From assembly GCA_009914755.4 (NCBI GenBank), contig CP086569.2, forward strand, positions 14,880,001-14,944,000: DNA of 64,000 nucleotides, written 5' to 3'. Shown piece by piece: positions 13,879 to 27,039 of the stretch. A program made the position numbers and the translations under genes. Source of the DNA: the human T2T-CHM13v2.0 reference genome, Homo sapiens. The stretch's first letter is position 1, and the number at the start of each line of letters is the position of its first letter. Below the pieces are notes generated by a model. The model worked only from the letters and a program-made list of their open reading frames with translations. It had not been told where the DNA came from and searched no databases.

Positions 13879-15624
13879 TATATATCATAAATATGTATTT
13901 ACTACCATGTAGTATTTATTTATGAATAATATTATATATGAGATACAGTTTATTCTAAACAATTGGCTCACACATTCACACAATGTGGGGGTCTAGGCAG
14001 CTGAAATGTATAGGGCAAGTGAGCATCCTGGAAACTAAAAGTTTCTGCACAGCCAACAATCAACACAATGAAAAGGCACGCTATGGTTTGGGAGAAGCTA
14101 TTTGCGAACCATATATCTAATAATGAGTTAATATCCAAAGTATATAAAGAACTCACATAGCTCAATAGCAAATAAATAGTATGGTTAACAAATAGGCAAA
14201 GGACTTGAATAGGCATTTCTAGAAAGAAAACACACAACTGGCCAACAGGTATATGAAAATGTGCTCAACATCGTTAATAATCAGAGAATGCAAATGATAA
14301 CCACAATGAACTATCACCTCACTGTTACATGCTGTTGACAGACGTGTAATTGGCACAGCCGTTATAAAAAATAGTATAATTGTTCCTTGGAAAATCAAAA
14401 TAGATCTACCATACGACCCAGCAGCTCATCTGTTGAGTATGTACCCCACCCCTGAAATGAAGTCCACATCTCATACAGATATCTCCAGTACTAATTGTAA
14501 CTCACTAATTACACAGGAAATTAGAGTTTCTATTTGAAAAGAATGGTTTTTTTTTCACCATTCTGGTATCAAATATTTATTCTAGTCATCTCTTCTTATT
14601 TCTTACTTTGTAATAACCTAGGTACTGCTGCCCATTGACAGAACCACCTTATTATTCCAGCAAGAAATGAGAAATATTGAGGAGAATGCAATATTATACT
14701 TCTGTCTTCAACCAGTTTTTCCCATTTTAGGGAGGATTCTGTATTTAACTCTTACTCAGGTAACTCTAGTTACCATATCCGTAGTACCTAGTCAACAATC
14801 CAAAAAAAGTAAGAACACAGAATTGACTGGAGTGGTTACTAAACTTTCTATGTTCAACCAGTTTCCTAGTAATTGCTAGTTGTTTATTCAACTAGTACTG
14901 AGAAGAATTTGTTTATTCCAGGTACTGGCTTCATGTAGTTATCTCTAGTTAATTACTTACTTGGATAAAGTTGAAAGCTACTGTATTAGGTAATACTTCT
15001 AACATGAGGTTGGAATTTTGCATTGAGGAAAATGGTTATTGAACTCCCTGGCATAGGCCAGTTATCTTCAGCTTCCTGGGATCAATTACCTGGTCTGGCT
15101 AATTCTAGCTATCTTTAGGTTGCTAATTACATGTTTACCACCAGATGTCTGTGGTAATTCATTATTCCAACAAAACGTAGTAGAATGATTAGGAAGGATT
15201 TTGCTTTTTCCAGACATCACATAGATATTCAAATTATCTCCTGTTATCCTTTGTACCTTTTTTTCCTGGGTAACACTCAGCACCTATCCTTCTAAGTTCT
15301 TATCCCAACTAAAATCAATAATTGAGACTTGCAAAGGATATGATTTTCAGGATCAGGTTCACTTGGTATTGCAATGATTGTTAGCTGTTTCTATGAAATG
15401 TGTTTCATGGGAAAGCCCAGTTAAGTAGAACTTACGTATTAACTCAACACCAGCAAAATTTTATCTGACCTGACCAGATTCCCTATGTTCTACATTCCAC
15501 TGAACTATTCTTGCTGTCTCTATTTTACTACTTACTTAGGTACCTGACTTATCTGTGGTAGTAATTCATTATTCCAACAATAACTCAGCAGGACGTGGTG
15601 AGAAGAATGTGATTTTATTTTTAA

Positions 15625-16762
15625 AATATATTTTTATTGAGGTAAAATATACACATGTAATGTATCTGCTTTACACCTGTAACCGTGCAGTTCAGTGGTA
15701 ATAAATACATTTATATTCTTTTATTTCCCCTTCATCCCCTGCTTCCCCTTCTGGCCTCTGGTAACCATCACTATAGTCGCTATCTTCATGAGAACCACTT
15801 TTTTAGCTCCCATATATGAGTGAAAACATGCAATGTTTGTTTTTCTGTGCCTGGCTTATTTCATTTAACATAATATCCAGTCATTCTTTTCATGCCTGGA
15901 TAATATTCCATTGTGTACGTATGCCACATTTGCCTAATCCATTCATCCATCAATGGGCACTTAGGCTAAATCCATATTTTGGCTATTGTGACTTGTGCTG
16001 CAATACACATGAGTATGCAGATATATCTCTTTGATCTTCAGATAAATTTATTTATCTATCTATCCATCTCTCTCTCTCTCTCTCTCTCTCTCCTCTCTCT
16101 CCCCCTCCCTCTCTTTCCCCAGCAGTGGAATACTTGGATCATATACTAGTTCTATTTTTAGGATTTTGAGGAACCCCATACTGTTCTCCATAGGGGCTGT
16201 AGTAAATTACATTCCCACCAACAGTGTACACAGGTTCCCCTTTCTCCACCTCCCTGCTCGCATCTGTTCATGCCTGTATTTTGATAAAATCCATTTAACT
16301 GGAGTGAGATGATATTGCATTGTGGTTTTGATTTGTATTTCTCTGATGATTCATAATAAGCATGTTTTCATATGCCTGCTGGCCATTTTTGTGTCTTCTT
16401 TTGAGAAACATCTATTCAGATTATTTGTCCATTTTTAAGTCAGATTGTTTGTTATTAACTTTTTTGAGCTCCTTCTGTATTCTGGTTATGAATCCCGTAT
16501 CAGATGGGTAGTTTGCAAATATTTTCTGCCATTCTGTGGGTTGTCTCTTCACTTGGTTGATAATTTCCTTTGCTATGCAGAAGCTTTTTAACTTGATGTA
16601 ATCCCGATAGTTTATGTTTGCTTTGATTCTTGTGCTTTTGAGGTCTTACTCAAGAAGTCTTTGCCCAGACCAATGTCCTGGAGCATTTCCCCAATGTTTT
16701 TTGGTGGTTTCAGTTACAGGTCATGAATTCAAGTCTTTTTTTTTTTTTTTTTTTGGTTTTTG

Positions 16763-16793
<31 letters not shown>

Positions 16794-17615
16794 TGACAGA
16801 GTCTCATCTCACTCTGTTGTTCAGGCCCAGGCTGGAGTGCAGTGTCACCATCTCTGCTCACCATAACATCCACCTCCACGGTTCAAGTGATTCTCGTGCC
16901 CCAGCCTCCCGAGTAGCTGGGATTACAAGTGTGCACCACCACAGCTGGCTAAGTTTTGTAGTTTTCATAGAGACGGGTTTCACCATACTGGCCAGGCTGG
17001 TCTCGAACCCCTGACCTCAAGTGACCCACTCACCTCGGCCACCCAAAGTGCTAGGATTACAGGCGTGAGCCACCACTCCCAGCCAGATTCAAGTCTTTAA
17101 TCCATTTTTGATTTGCTTTTTGTGTGTGGTGAAAGAGAGGAATCTAGTTTCATTCTTCTGCATATACTCATCCAGCTTTCCTAGTGCTATTTATTGAAAT
17201 GTTGGTCTTTTCAGCATCATATGTTCTTTTTGTCTTTGTTGAAGTTGAGTTGGTTGTAAGCATGTGGCTTTATATCAGGTTCTCTATTCTGCTCCATTTG
17301 TCTCTGTGTCTGTTTTTAAGCCGGTACCATGCTGCTTGGTTCACTATAGCTTTGTCGTAAAATTTTGAAGTCAGGTAGTGTGCTGCTTCCAGCTTTTCAC
17401 TTTTTGCTCAGGATTGCTTTGGCTATTTGAGGTATTTTATGGTTTCCTATGAATATTATAAGTTTTTTCCTGTTTCTGTGAAGAATGTCTTTGGTAGTTT
17501 GGTAGGGCTTGCATTTAATCTGTTAATCGCTTTGGTGAGTATTGTGAATTATACAATATTAATCCTGTCAATCTATAAGCCTGGACTATCTTTCCATGTT
17601 TTTGTGTCCTGAGAA
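15625..17615 (-). mobile_element. Old L1 (L1M/L1PB-like) 3' portion, antisense, interrupted by an Alu and a (TC)n/(TCTA)n tract
   Basis: Antisense L1 ORF2/3'UTR signatures are present (ccattcatccatcaatgggcacttaggc..., ggtagtttgcaaatattttctgccattctgtgggttg...), with the 3' end tttattgaggtaaaatatacac at ~15630. Confidence 0.6.
16738..17086 (-). mobile_element. Alu (antisense) nested in the L1M, with a T-rich/(TTTTG)n tail and TSD attcaagtcttt
   Basis: The poly-T/(TTTTG)n tail spans 16738-16796 and the Alu body runs to ...gtgagccaccactcccagccag. The TSD is repeated at 16727-16738 and 17087-17098. Confidence 0.85.
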
Positions 17616-18221
17616 GACAGTTGTTTTTTTTTTTTTAATTTCTGTATTTAACTAGTTTTTCTAGCTATTATTACTTATTCCTAGTAAACTAATTACCTGG
17701 GTACTGGCAGGTACAGGTCGACCTCATTTTATTGTGATGCACATTTTTGTGTTTATAGATATTGTGTGTTTTTTATAAATTAAAGTTTTCTGGCAACCGT
17801 CAAGCATGTCAGTGTCATTTTTCCAACAGCATGTGCCCACTTCATGTCCCTGTGTCACATTTTGGTAATTCTCACAATATTTCCAACTTTTCCATCATGA
17901 TTATATCTGTTATGATGATTTCTGATCAGTGATCTTTGATGTTATTATTGTAATTGCTTTAGGACTCCAGAAACTGGGCCCATAGAAGAACACACAAGGA
18001 GGCATCGCACTACCTGACTTCAAAATATACTACAAAGGTATATTTCAAAATATACTACAGATCTACAGGAGGAGAAAGACGACGGAACAGAATGCTTCAC
18101 TGATTGTCCCCCTGACCCCCCACCAAGGACACCAATTTAACAACTATCTACACAGAAAAAAACATCTTCATGAGAACCAAAAATCAAGTGAACACCCATA
18201 GTACCTGGTTTTAACTTCACG

Positions 18222-18430
18222 TAGCTTGATATGGTTTGGCTGTGTCCCCACCAAAATCTCAACTTGATTTGTATCTCCCAGAATTCCGACGTGTTATGGG
18301 AGGGACCTAGAGGGAGGTAATTGAATCATGGGGGCCGGTCTTTCCTGTGCTAATCTCCTGATAGTGAGTAAGTCTCATGGGATCTGATGGATTTACCAGG
18401 GGTTTCTGCTTTTGCTTCTTCTAAGTATTA
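18222..18430 (+). mobile_element. THE1-like LTR 5' fragment
   Basis: gatatggtttggctgtgtccccaccaaaatctcaacttgatttgtatctcccag...gaggtaattgaatcatggggg. Confidence 0.5.
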
Positions 18431-19127
18431 AGGCGGATATTGCCTGAGTTTGAGTCCCTCCTGAACAATAGACAAACGTCTCCAACTGGTTCACAGGTGT
18501 AGGTAGTGCGTTCTTTGTGGGGTGCTGGTGCCACCTTGACCCTGGAGCAGTAAATCCACTTGATGTTTGAGTTGAACAGCTGTCGGGGTCATAAGGAGAA
18601 CTTGGTATGGTCCAGTCCACGCTGGCTCCAGTGGCTTTTTGTCCTGTGGGAGAGTTTTAAGATATACCTAGTCTTCAGGCATAAGGTTAGGGTGAGTGTT
18701 TCCTGAAAAAGAGGGGCCAGGTGTTGGGCTATGAAGACTTTGATAATGATTGATGGCCTTGATGGTTTGTCCCAGGGACATAACATACTGTATGAGATAA
18801 TGTCTCTTTGGGTCTAACAAAAGGTCAGTTTGGAAGAAAGATCTTCCAAAGAGATTCCAAAGAGAATCTCGAAAGGGCTAGATGGGCTTCACATTTTGCG
18901 GTGATACAGGCTCTTAAGAGTACAATGGGGGGCAAAGTTGACCATAACTGTTGGGTTTCATGTGTTAACTTTGTGAGGTGCTTTTTCTGGTTTGATTGGC
19001 TGTCTCCGCCTTCCCAGAAGATTGTGGACGTCAAGACGCATGCAGATAATATTTGATCTGGAGAGCTTCACTGATTCTCTGAAAAAAACAAAAAAATTAT
19101 TTTTTTCTTTTTTCTTTTTTTTTTTTT

Positions 19128-19480
19128 TTTTTTGACAGATTCTCATCTCACACTGTTGTTCAGGCCCAGGCTGGAGTGCAGTGTCACCATCTCGGTTCAC
19201 TATAACATCCACCTCCTCGGTTCAAGTGCTTCTCTTGCCCCAGCCTCCCGAGTAGCTGGGATTACAAGTGTGCACCACCAGAGCTGGCTAAGTTTTGTAG
19301 TGTTCGTAGAGAAAAAATGAAATGAAATTTCATGAGAACCAAAAATCAAGTGAACACCCATCGTACCTGGTTTTACCTTCACGTAGCTTGATATGGTTTG
19401 GCTGTGTCTCCACCGAAATGTCAACTTGACTTGTATCTCTCAGAATTCTGACGCGTTATGGGAGGGACCTAGGGTCCCTC
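19128..19480. repeat. Mosaic local duplication: a partial antisense Alu copy (19128..19310, paralogous to 16797..16975) joined to a copy of 18168..18345
   Basis: The two Alu pieces share many non-consensus bases (ctgttgttcaggcccaggctggagtgcagtgtcaccatctc..., ggctaagttttgtag). The segment catgagaaccaaaaatcaagtgaacaccca...gatatggtttggctgtgtc is repeated. Confidence 0.55.
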
Positions 19481-21390
19481 ATTTTAAGAAATGAAAGTGG
19501 GGCCATTGTCTGACTGTAGGGCATGAGGGAGCCTAAAACAAGGAAGAATGCGGTCTAAAAGGGCTGAGGTGACTTCTGAGGCCCATGCAGTTTTGGCGGG
19601 AAGGGCCTTTATCCATCCAGTGAAGGTGTCTACAAAGACTAACAAATACCTGACTAACAAATACACACATTGCATGATGCATGTGTGTAAAATATATTTG
19701 CCAGTCTTCTCGGGGTAGGGTTCCTCTCTTAGAATGGGTTGAAGGATTTGGGGAGGTTTGTGTCCTCCCTCTGGGTTTATTTGGCCTCAGGTGGGACATG
19801 CCTGTGAGATGGCTCATAGAGCTTGGGCTATCCCCGTGCTGGTGAACAGTGACTTTATTAGATCTTGGAAGGCCTTAGCCCCTAGATGAGTTGATTGGTA
19901 TACGCTATTTAGAAACTTCAATTGTGAGGCTCCTGGGAGCAAGAGTTTGCCATTAGGACTTTTTAGCCAGCCCTCTGAGGTATGGGAGAAACCTCTTTCT
20001 AGAGCTTTTTGGGCTTCCCCCTCTTTATAGTGTGGAGACAGGGAAGTTAGGCTAGGAATGAAGACAGCCTGAAAGGGTGACCTGGCAGCCACTTTTACTT
20101 ATTTGTCAGCCCAGGTGTTCCCGATAGAGATTTCATCATTGCTTCTCTGATGGGCTTTGCAGTGAATGATAGTGACCTGTGGGGGAAGCATAGCTGCCTC
20201 CAACGGGGCCATGATTTCAGGAACACATTTAATGGAAGTATTTCAGGCCATTAAAAGTCCTCTTTCCTGCCAAATGGCTGCATGGGCATGCACTGCATGA
20301 TAGACATAGGCTGAGTCTGTGTAAATATTAAGCCTCAGGCCTGCCCCTAATTGTAAGGCACAGGTAAGAGCAATGAGCTCAGCCTTTTGGGCTGAGGTGC
20401 TACTTCCTGGCAGAGGTCCAGATTCTGTGATTTCAGTTAGGTTAATAGTAGCATACCCTGACAGTTGGGTTCCACCTATCATAAAGCTACTGCCATCTGT
20501 GTACCGTGTGGCCTCTGAATCTATAAGGGGAATATCCTGGAGGTCTGGTCTAACATTACAGGTTAGATCTATGGTTTCCAAGCAAGAATGTTAAAGTGGC
20601 CTCTCCACATTTGGGTTTGGTAACAGCATGCCAGCATTAAGGGTTGGCAGAGCCTAATACTCAATTCTGGTACCTGTAGAAGGAGTGTTGGAAATTTGCT
20701 TATATGGCTCTGTGAGATCCAGTGAAAGGCCTTTGAGTTTAGGACATTCATTACTTGATGTGGGGTGTAGACAGTTATTGCTTGGCCCAGAATTAGCTCG
20801 GAGGCCTCCACAACCAGGAGAGCCACACACACTAGCACTCAGAGGCATGGCAGCCATCCCCATGCCTTTTTTTTGACAAGTAACTAGCTGGCCACTGGGA
20901 GGGTCCCAGTGGCTGAGTGAGGACTCCAAGGGCTGTATCCCTTCTCTCAACTATGAACAAGTAAAGATGCTTTGTAAGATCTGGCAAGGCCAGGGCGTGG
21001 GCTTGTTTGAGGGTTTTTAGAACACTGTCCATTTCAAGGCTCCAATTTAAGAGCTCCCCCCCGCCGATCCTTGCAGTGCCCCATAAAGAGGTTTTGCTAT
21101 AAGTCCTAACCGGGTTGTCCAAATGTGACAGAAACCTACCATTCGAAGAAAGGACTACAACTGATGTTTAGTGGATGGAATGTCCACGTTTAGCATAAGA
21201 TTTTTGCGGTGGTCTGAGAGATCCTTGGGCCCTGGGATGAATGTTAGTCTCAAGAATCAAACCTCCTGAGAGAAGATTTGAGCTTTGGAAGGAGACACTT
21301 TATACCCACAAGGAGCCAATGTCCAAAGAGTTGTAATAGTATTTAGGTCTGAGGCATTTTTGGTTGGATTGCAAATAAGCGGTTATCAAC
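19480..21390 (-). mobile_element. Class I (gammaretrovirus-like) endogenous retrovirus pol remnant: RT C-terminus, RNase H and integrase, all disrupted
   Basis: Minus-strand ORFs carry the RT/connection motif GVLTQPLGP...PASYLSKK (20832..21122), the RNase H motifs YTDGSS...[16 protein letters not shown]...NIYTDSAYV (20243..20581), and the integrase core LLVFVDTFTGWIKALPA...SDNGPTF (19484..19675). An HHCC-like TH.G segment lies in 19814..20092. Confidence 0.7.
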
Positions 21391-21397
21391 ATATTGA

Positions 21398-21650
21398 AGG
21401 ACTGCTTGAAGCTAGGAGTTTGAGACCAGCCTGGACAACCTAGTGAGACCCCTTCACTACAAAAAAAGTATTATAAGCTGCAGGTGGATGCACTTACCTT
21501 TGGTCCCAGCTTCTTGGCAGGCTAAGGTGGGAATGTCGCTTGGGCCCAGAAAGTAGAAGCTGCAGTGGGCTATGACCATGCCACTGCTCTCCAGCCTGGA
21601 TGGCAGAGTGAGAGCTTGTGTCAAAACAAACAAAGAAACAAACAAAAACC
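21398..21650 (+). mobile_element. Alu, 5'-truncated, sense
   Basis: ...gagtttgagaccagcctggacaac...gcagtgggctatgaccatgccactgctctccagcctgg plus an A-rich tail. Confidence 0.75.
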
Positions 21651-22179
21651 TGCAAGCCCTGTGCTAGCCACTTTATGGATATATAAAGGTATATGCATAT
21701 GCAGAGGGTAGAGAATCTTCACAACAAAGGGAGTAGGTAGGAATTTTTTTTATATTTCAAATAAAGAATAATCTCATTTCACATAAAGATACTTGAATTT
21801 CAGGAGCTTAAAGAACTTGCTGAAAGTTACAAATTAATTATGTGACAAGGTTGGAATCTGAACTTCTCTTTCACCACTACTACTATATAGCTTCCCGGGT
21901 TTATAGTAGTAATTAAATCACGGAGGGAAATAAGTAAAATTGGCCAATGAAAGGGAAGCAGCACAGGTATAAATAAACTTACCTGTCATAAAGTCCTCCT
22001 TCTTATCATGCAATGTCCTGCCTAACATGTTGACGTAAATAAGGTCCATGTCCATTATTAGCTCAACAAGTTAAATGATTCATTTTATTTTCCTTTGACG
22101 GCTTTTTCAAAAGGAAAAAAAGTGGGCTAGCACAGAATGTGTTGTAATCATGAGTATAGACTAGGAGATTCTTTGTTTC

Positions 22180-22181
<2 letters not shown>

Positions 22182-22211
<30 letters not shown>

Positions 22212-22464
22212 CCTGAGACGGCATCTCGCTCTGTCGCCCAGGCTGGAGTGCAGTGGCATGATCTCGGCTCACTGCAAGCTCTGCCTCCCGGGTAGCTGGG
22301 ACTACAGGCACCCGCCACCACGCCCGGCTAATATTTTTGTATTTTTAGCAGAGACAGGGTTTCACCCTGTTAGCCAGGATGGTCTGGATCTCCTGACCTC
22401 GTGATCCGCCCACCTCGGCCTCCCAAAGTGCTGGGATTACAGGCATGAGCCATTGCGCCCGGCC
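22182..22464 (-). mobile_element. Alu (antisense) with a ~30-nt poly(T) tail and TSD taggagattctttgt
   Basis: Full antisense Alu running through ...gcctcccaaagtgctgggattacaggcatgagccattgcgcccggcc. The TSD lies at 22161-22175 and 22469-22483. Confidence 0.9.
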
Positions 22465-23436
22465 AGAATAGGAGATTCTTTGTAAATGAGTATATGTGTT
22501 TAAGAAATACATTCATATGGTTATGTTGAGGCAGATGCCACATATCCACACAAACCACATTAGCATCTGCAGTTTTCAAATTTCAGAAATAGTTTTCACG
22601 CACACATGTAAAAATATAAAAGCATTCATGAACACATTACCTATTTCAGTAATACATATTTCAATACATAAATGATTTAGCTTATCAACAAATTAATTTA
22701 TAAGTGTGATAAAGAACAGAAGACACAAGAATTTATGCAGCATTGAAAGTCTTTGGTCACTGGGTGTCATGATGTTCCCCTGTAGTGATTAACCTTTCAG
22801 CAATAAAAGATCCTGAATTTTTGGAGAGGAACACTTCAGTGTTACATGGATTAGCATTGTCAATAGAAAGTTTTATTAAAATATGCCACAGTTTTTTCTC
22901 AGATTATTATGTCATATTTAAACCACATTATTAATGTAGCTTTTTACCTGAAACTGACCAAGAAATATTAGATGTTCAGATATTTAAATAACAAAGGAAT
23001 ACACAATTCTGTCGGTCATCTTCAAGTTTTATTGTATCCAGGTTAAATCTGAAGAATTTGTACAGTGTATTGATGTGTGTGCCTGGGTACATTTTTGGAA
23101 GAACTCTTGGTTATACAGAATTTCCACTGTACAGAAGTTAGCCCTAGATATAATTATTGTGTCTTAGTGTCCAGCTGCTTTTACCCATGCCTTGTGTGTG
23201 CATACCTGATAGCAGATGTATTCTAAAACTGCAACCACTAATCAGAACCAGATACCTATGTTTTTTTCTCTTTGAATATGCTCCACTCTGCCAAGTTCGA
23301 TGGAAGTGAGTGGTTGTGACAATTCAAAACAGTTGTGCCTGTTCTACAACACAAATGCTGCTGAACTTGGAGAAAAGACCTGTGCAGACAGAATGAGAAG
23401 ACTTAGTCAGTTGCTCTAAGAACGTCATTGGAAAGT

Positions 23437-23548
23437 TTTTCTTTCTTTTCTTTTCTTTTCTTTTCTTTTCTTTTCTTTTCTTTTCTTTTCTTTTCTTTTC
23501 TTTTCTTTTCTTTTCTTTCTTTTCTTTTCTTTTCTTTTCTTTTCTTTC
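23437..23548. repeat. (TTTTC)n pentanucleotide microsatellite
   Basis: About 20 tandem cttttc units. Confidence 0.95.
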
Positions 23549-24892
23549 TATTTATTTTGAAGGCTAGTTATTGACTAAGTTGTAAAGGTGAATCTGATAA
23601 ACTGGCTGACTAGTTTAGAGGTCAATATTTAAACCATGGAATTGAATCCGTAGAGGGCAAGAGTTGGAAAAGATGAAAATAGGTTCATGGGACAGTTATA
23701 TTTTATTTTTGTTGTTTTTGAAACTGAATCTGGAAAATATCCAAGTTATGTTTCAATATATGACACTACATCTTTAAATGACAATTTTGGCGTATATTGT
23801 TATGGCCATTTCATAAATTGCTTTTTATTAAACTGGTGCAAAGGTAATTGTGGTTTTTGCCGTTACTTTCAGACCTCAATTACTTTTGCAGCAACCTCTT
23901 ACCAGTCGTAAGAACATCCTTGCTTTTAACATAAAGGGATTGGTGAAGTTACCATGATTCTCACTTAAGAATTACTGAGAAAAATGCAGCAGCAGGGGTT
24001 AGCAAAAACTATTTGTTAATTGAAGGCCTGTGTTTATTTGAATGAAAGGATTTTTCATTTAAATTATAAAAACAGAGCAAGTTCCTAGTTATATCAAATC
24101 CATGTTCAATTTCATTCACAGAGATGGTGACAAAACAAGAGTAAATGAACAATGTCAGAATCAAAAGATACTCTGCCTGGAAAGAACTTGCAATGGAATT
24201 TTTTAAAAACGAGATTAAAACAGATAGAAATATGTTTATAATTCATTAAATATTTTAAAGTACTTGCTGTTTTAATGAAACTGAACAACAAAGACCCTGT
24301 CCTTAGTGAGCCTGCAAGCTAGTGGGGGACTCCAATAATAATCAGACTATCACAAAATATGTTTTGTACATGTCACATAAACCAAGAACGAAGCAGTATT
24401 TACAAGATTTCCAAATATTCATATGCTGAGAATGTGTAAATGCTGTAAACCGCAATATAAAGGCACACGTTATTTAACAGAATACACTATATTTCCCCTC
24501 TTCAATAAATATCTAAATACAAATGTAAATGTTAGAGTCATGTAATCCATGTACATATAATTCCCTTTCCATTTATTCACTCATATTATTGAAGCTTGGG
24601 ATGCATAACTTTTAAAAACATGGATAATAACATAGGAAGGGTTATTTGATAGCCAGTAACTATGTCTGTTCCTACTTGAACGGAAGTTCAGCAACATTCA
24701 GTGGCAAGACATACGCTCAAAAAAATGTACAAATGATTAACAGTGTACATTATGTAGTTGACAAAAATTGAAGAAATAAGGGGGAAGAAAAGAAAAAGAA
24801 TACCCATCTCTCCTTTCTCCAGTGGTTTTACTGTGGTAGAGTATGTATACCACTTAATTCACTCATTTAAAGTGCACAGTTCTGTGGGTTTG

Positions 24893-25260
24893 GTATTGTG
24901 TTAGTCTTGTTTTCACACTGCTATAAAGAAATACCATAATTTATAAAGAAATGTATAAAATTATAATTTACAAAGGAAAGAGGTTTAATTGACTCACAGT
25001 TCTGCATGGCTAGGGAGGCCTCGGGAAATTTACAATCATGGTGGAAGGCAAAGAAGTGTGGACCTTCTCCACATGGTAACAGGAGAGAAAAGACTGAGTG
25101 AAGGAGAAACTTGCCAAAATCTTATAAAACCATCAGATCTAGTGATAACTTACTATCATGCAACCAGCATGGGGGAAACTGTCCCCATGATCCAATCACC
25201 TCCCACTATGTTCTCCCCTCAACACCTAGGGATTACAATTCAAGATGAGATTTTGGTGAG
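24893..25260 (-). mobile_element. MaLR-type solo LTR (THE1/MST-like), antisense
   Basis: Same family signature as the LTR at 148..606 (gctataaagaaatacc...ggctagggaggcctcgggaaatttacaatcatggtggaaggcaaag...ccccatgatccaatcacctcccac). Confidence 0.55.
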
Positions 25261-27039
25261 TACACAAAGACTTACCACATCAGGTGTATTCACAGACATT
25301 GTGAATATTACCATGGTCAATGGTAGAATATTTTTATCATGTCAGAAAGAAATCCCATCTCTTTTAGCCAACATCCCCAGTGATCCTAGCCTTCTCGCAG
25401 CCCCGGGCAACCACTAATTTACTTTGTTTCTATTGACTTCTCTATTCAAAATATTTCATATGAATGTAATAATACACTATGTGGCCTTTTTGTGCATTGC
25501 TTCTATTAGTCTGGATACTGGTTTTAGGTCCATCCATCTTATGGCATCTGTCAGTAGTTCATTCCTTTGTGGCTAAAAAGTGATGATTATATAGTTACAC
25601 GATATTTTGTTAATGGGCATTTGGGTTGTTTCCAATCATTAGTTATTACGAAGTACCTCCCTTATTCAGTGGTAAGATATCTTTATGGTAATAATTTTAA
25701 ATGAAAACATTTTATATTAGTGTCTAAACTCTATGGTGTGGATAAATTGAACATCATTTTTTCTTGAGTCATGCGGTTTTATTGGGGTTGACTTGGTACC
25801 CCCTTAAAAACATATATGCATAACTTTGAAACAATAATTTTTATATATATATATAATTTGGAGATGACGTGCTACTCATATATTATTTCGAAGCAGTCAA
25901 AAACCTACAAAAAATTTCAGTATGGAATGTAAATAGCTTTCTTTTTTCCTAAGACATCTGAGGGTAAGTTTCCAATCGGATACCTCATATCCTGAATATT
26001 TTAGCATGCATTTCCCCAGAAGAGGATTATTATACACAGAAACAGTCAAGACCTAAAAATCAAGAAATGGGCACTGATGTATTTCTACCTTCTAATGGTC
26101 AGACTGCCTTTAAATGCCTTGAGGCAGAAGGAGCCAGTTAGAATTATGCACTGCCATGAGTTTTCATGTCTCTTAGTCTCCTTCAGTCTGATTCCTCATC
26201 TTTCTTTGACTTTCCTGGTTGTAGCACAATTAAAGCGTAGCAGCCAGTTATTTCACAGACTGTCCCTCCATTTGGGTTTGTCTGCTATTTCATCCTGATT
26301 ATGTCTGGACTGCAAATATTTGCCAGAGTTAGTGCAGGGGTGAGGCCCTCTTCTTGACTTCGCATTCTGTCACATTCTAAGCGAATAATTTTCAATTTGT
26401 CCTATTATTGATGAGGATTTGATTAAAATGTTCCCCAGTTTTAACACTCTTATTTTAAACCCTATGAAATCTTTGCTGTATGCTAGCTCAATGAGCAACC
26501 AAGACTAGATTCTATGATAAAATAATTCTATCAAAATTTTAGACATGAGAAACATCAGTTCCTCTTTTAACATATGACAAGTACTCCTAATATCTAGAAA
26601 GTAGACTGACCCCTTACTCATTTGTCATGTAGATTCCACTATTAATTTTGAAATCCATATGGCATTTTATAGGAAATTGAATAAAACTCAAATGTTTCTG
26701 ATTAAGTTTTGCTTAACTCTTGAATATTTTCTTTCCTGAAAACTCATTAAACTGAGATGCCTTTGTAAGAACTTCTTGACTGTGTGTTTTGGAAAACAGA
26801 AGCCACATACTGGAAAAATGTATAAACAATATTACTTTCTAGAAAACTCTGATTCAGAATATAAACAGTATACCTTCACGTTCATAAATTCTACTGTGTT
26901 CAGTTTACTAGTTTTCTGGTTGTTCTTATTCCACATTCAGTTTATTCATATTTATGTAGAATATTTCAGAATAAGTAACATTTAATTTTAAAGAATATAC
27001 TTCACAAGGTATTTTCTGATGTTTTAAACTTTTTTTAAA

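Noticed and set aside
17700-17960. Possible Tigger-like DNA transposon fragment (gtcacattttggtaattctcacaatatttccaacttttccatcatgattatatctgttatgatgatttctgatcagtgatctttgatgttattattgtaattgc)
   Set aside because: My recall of the consensus is too uncertain to assign a family or boundaries. It would need RepeatMasker.
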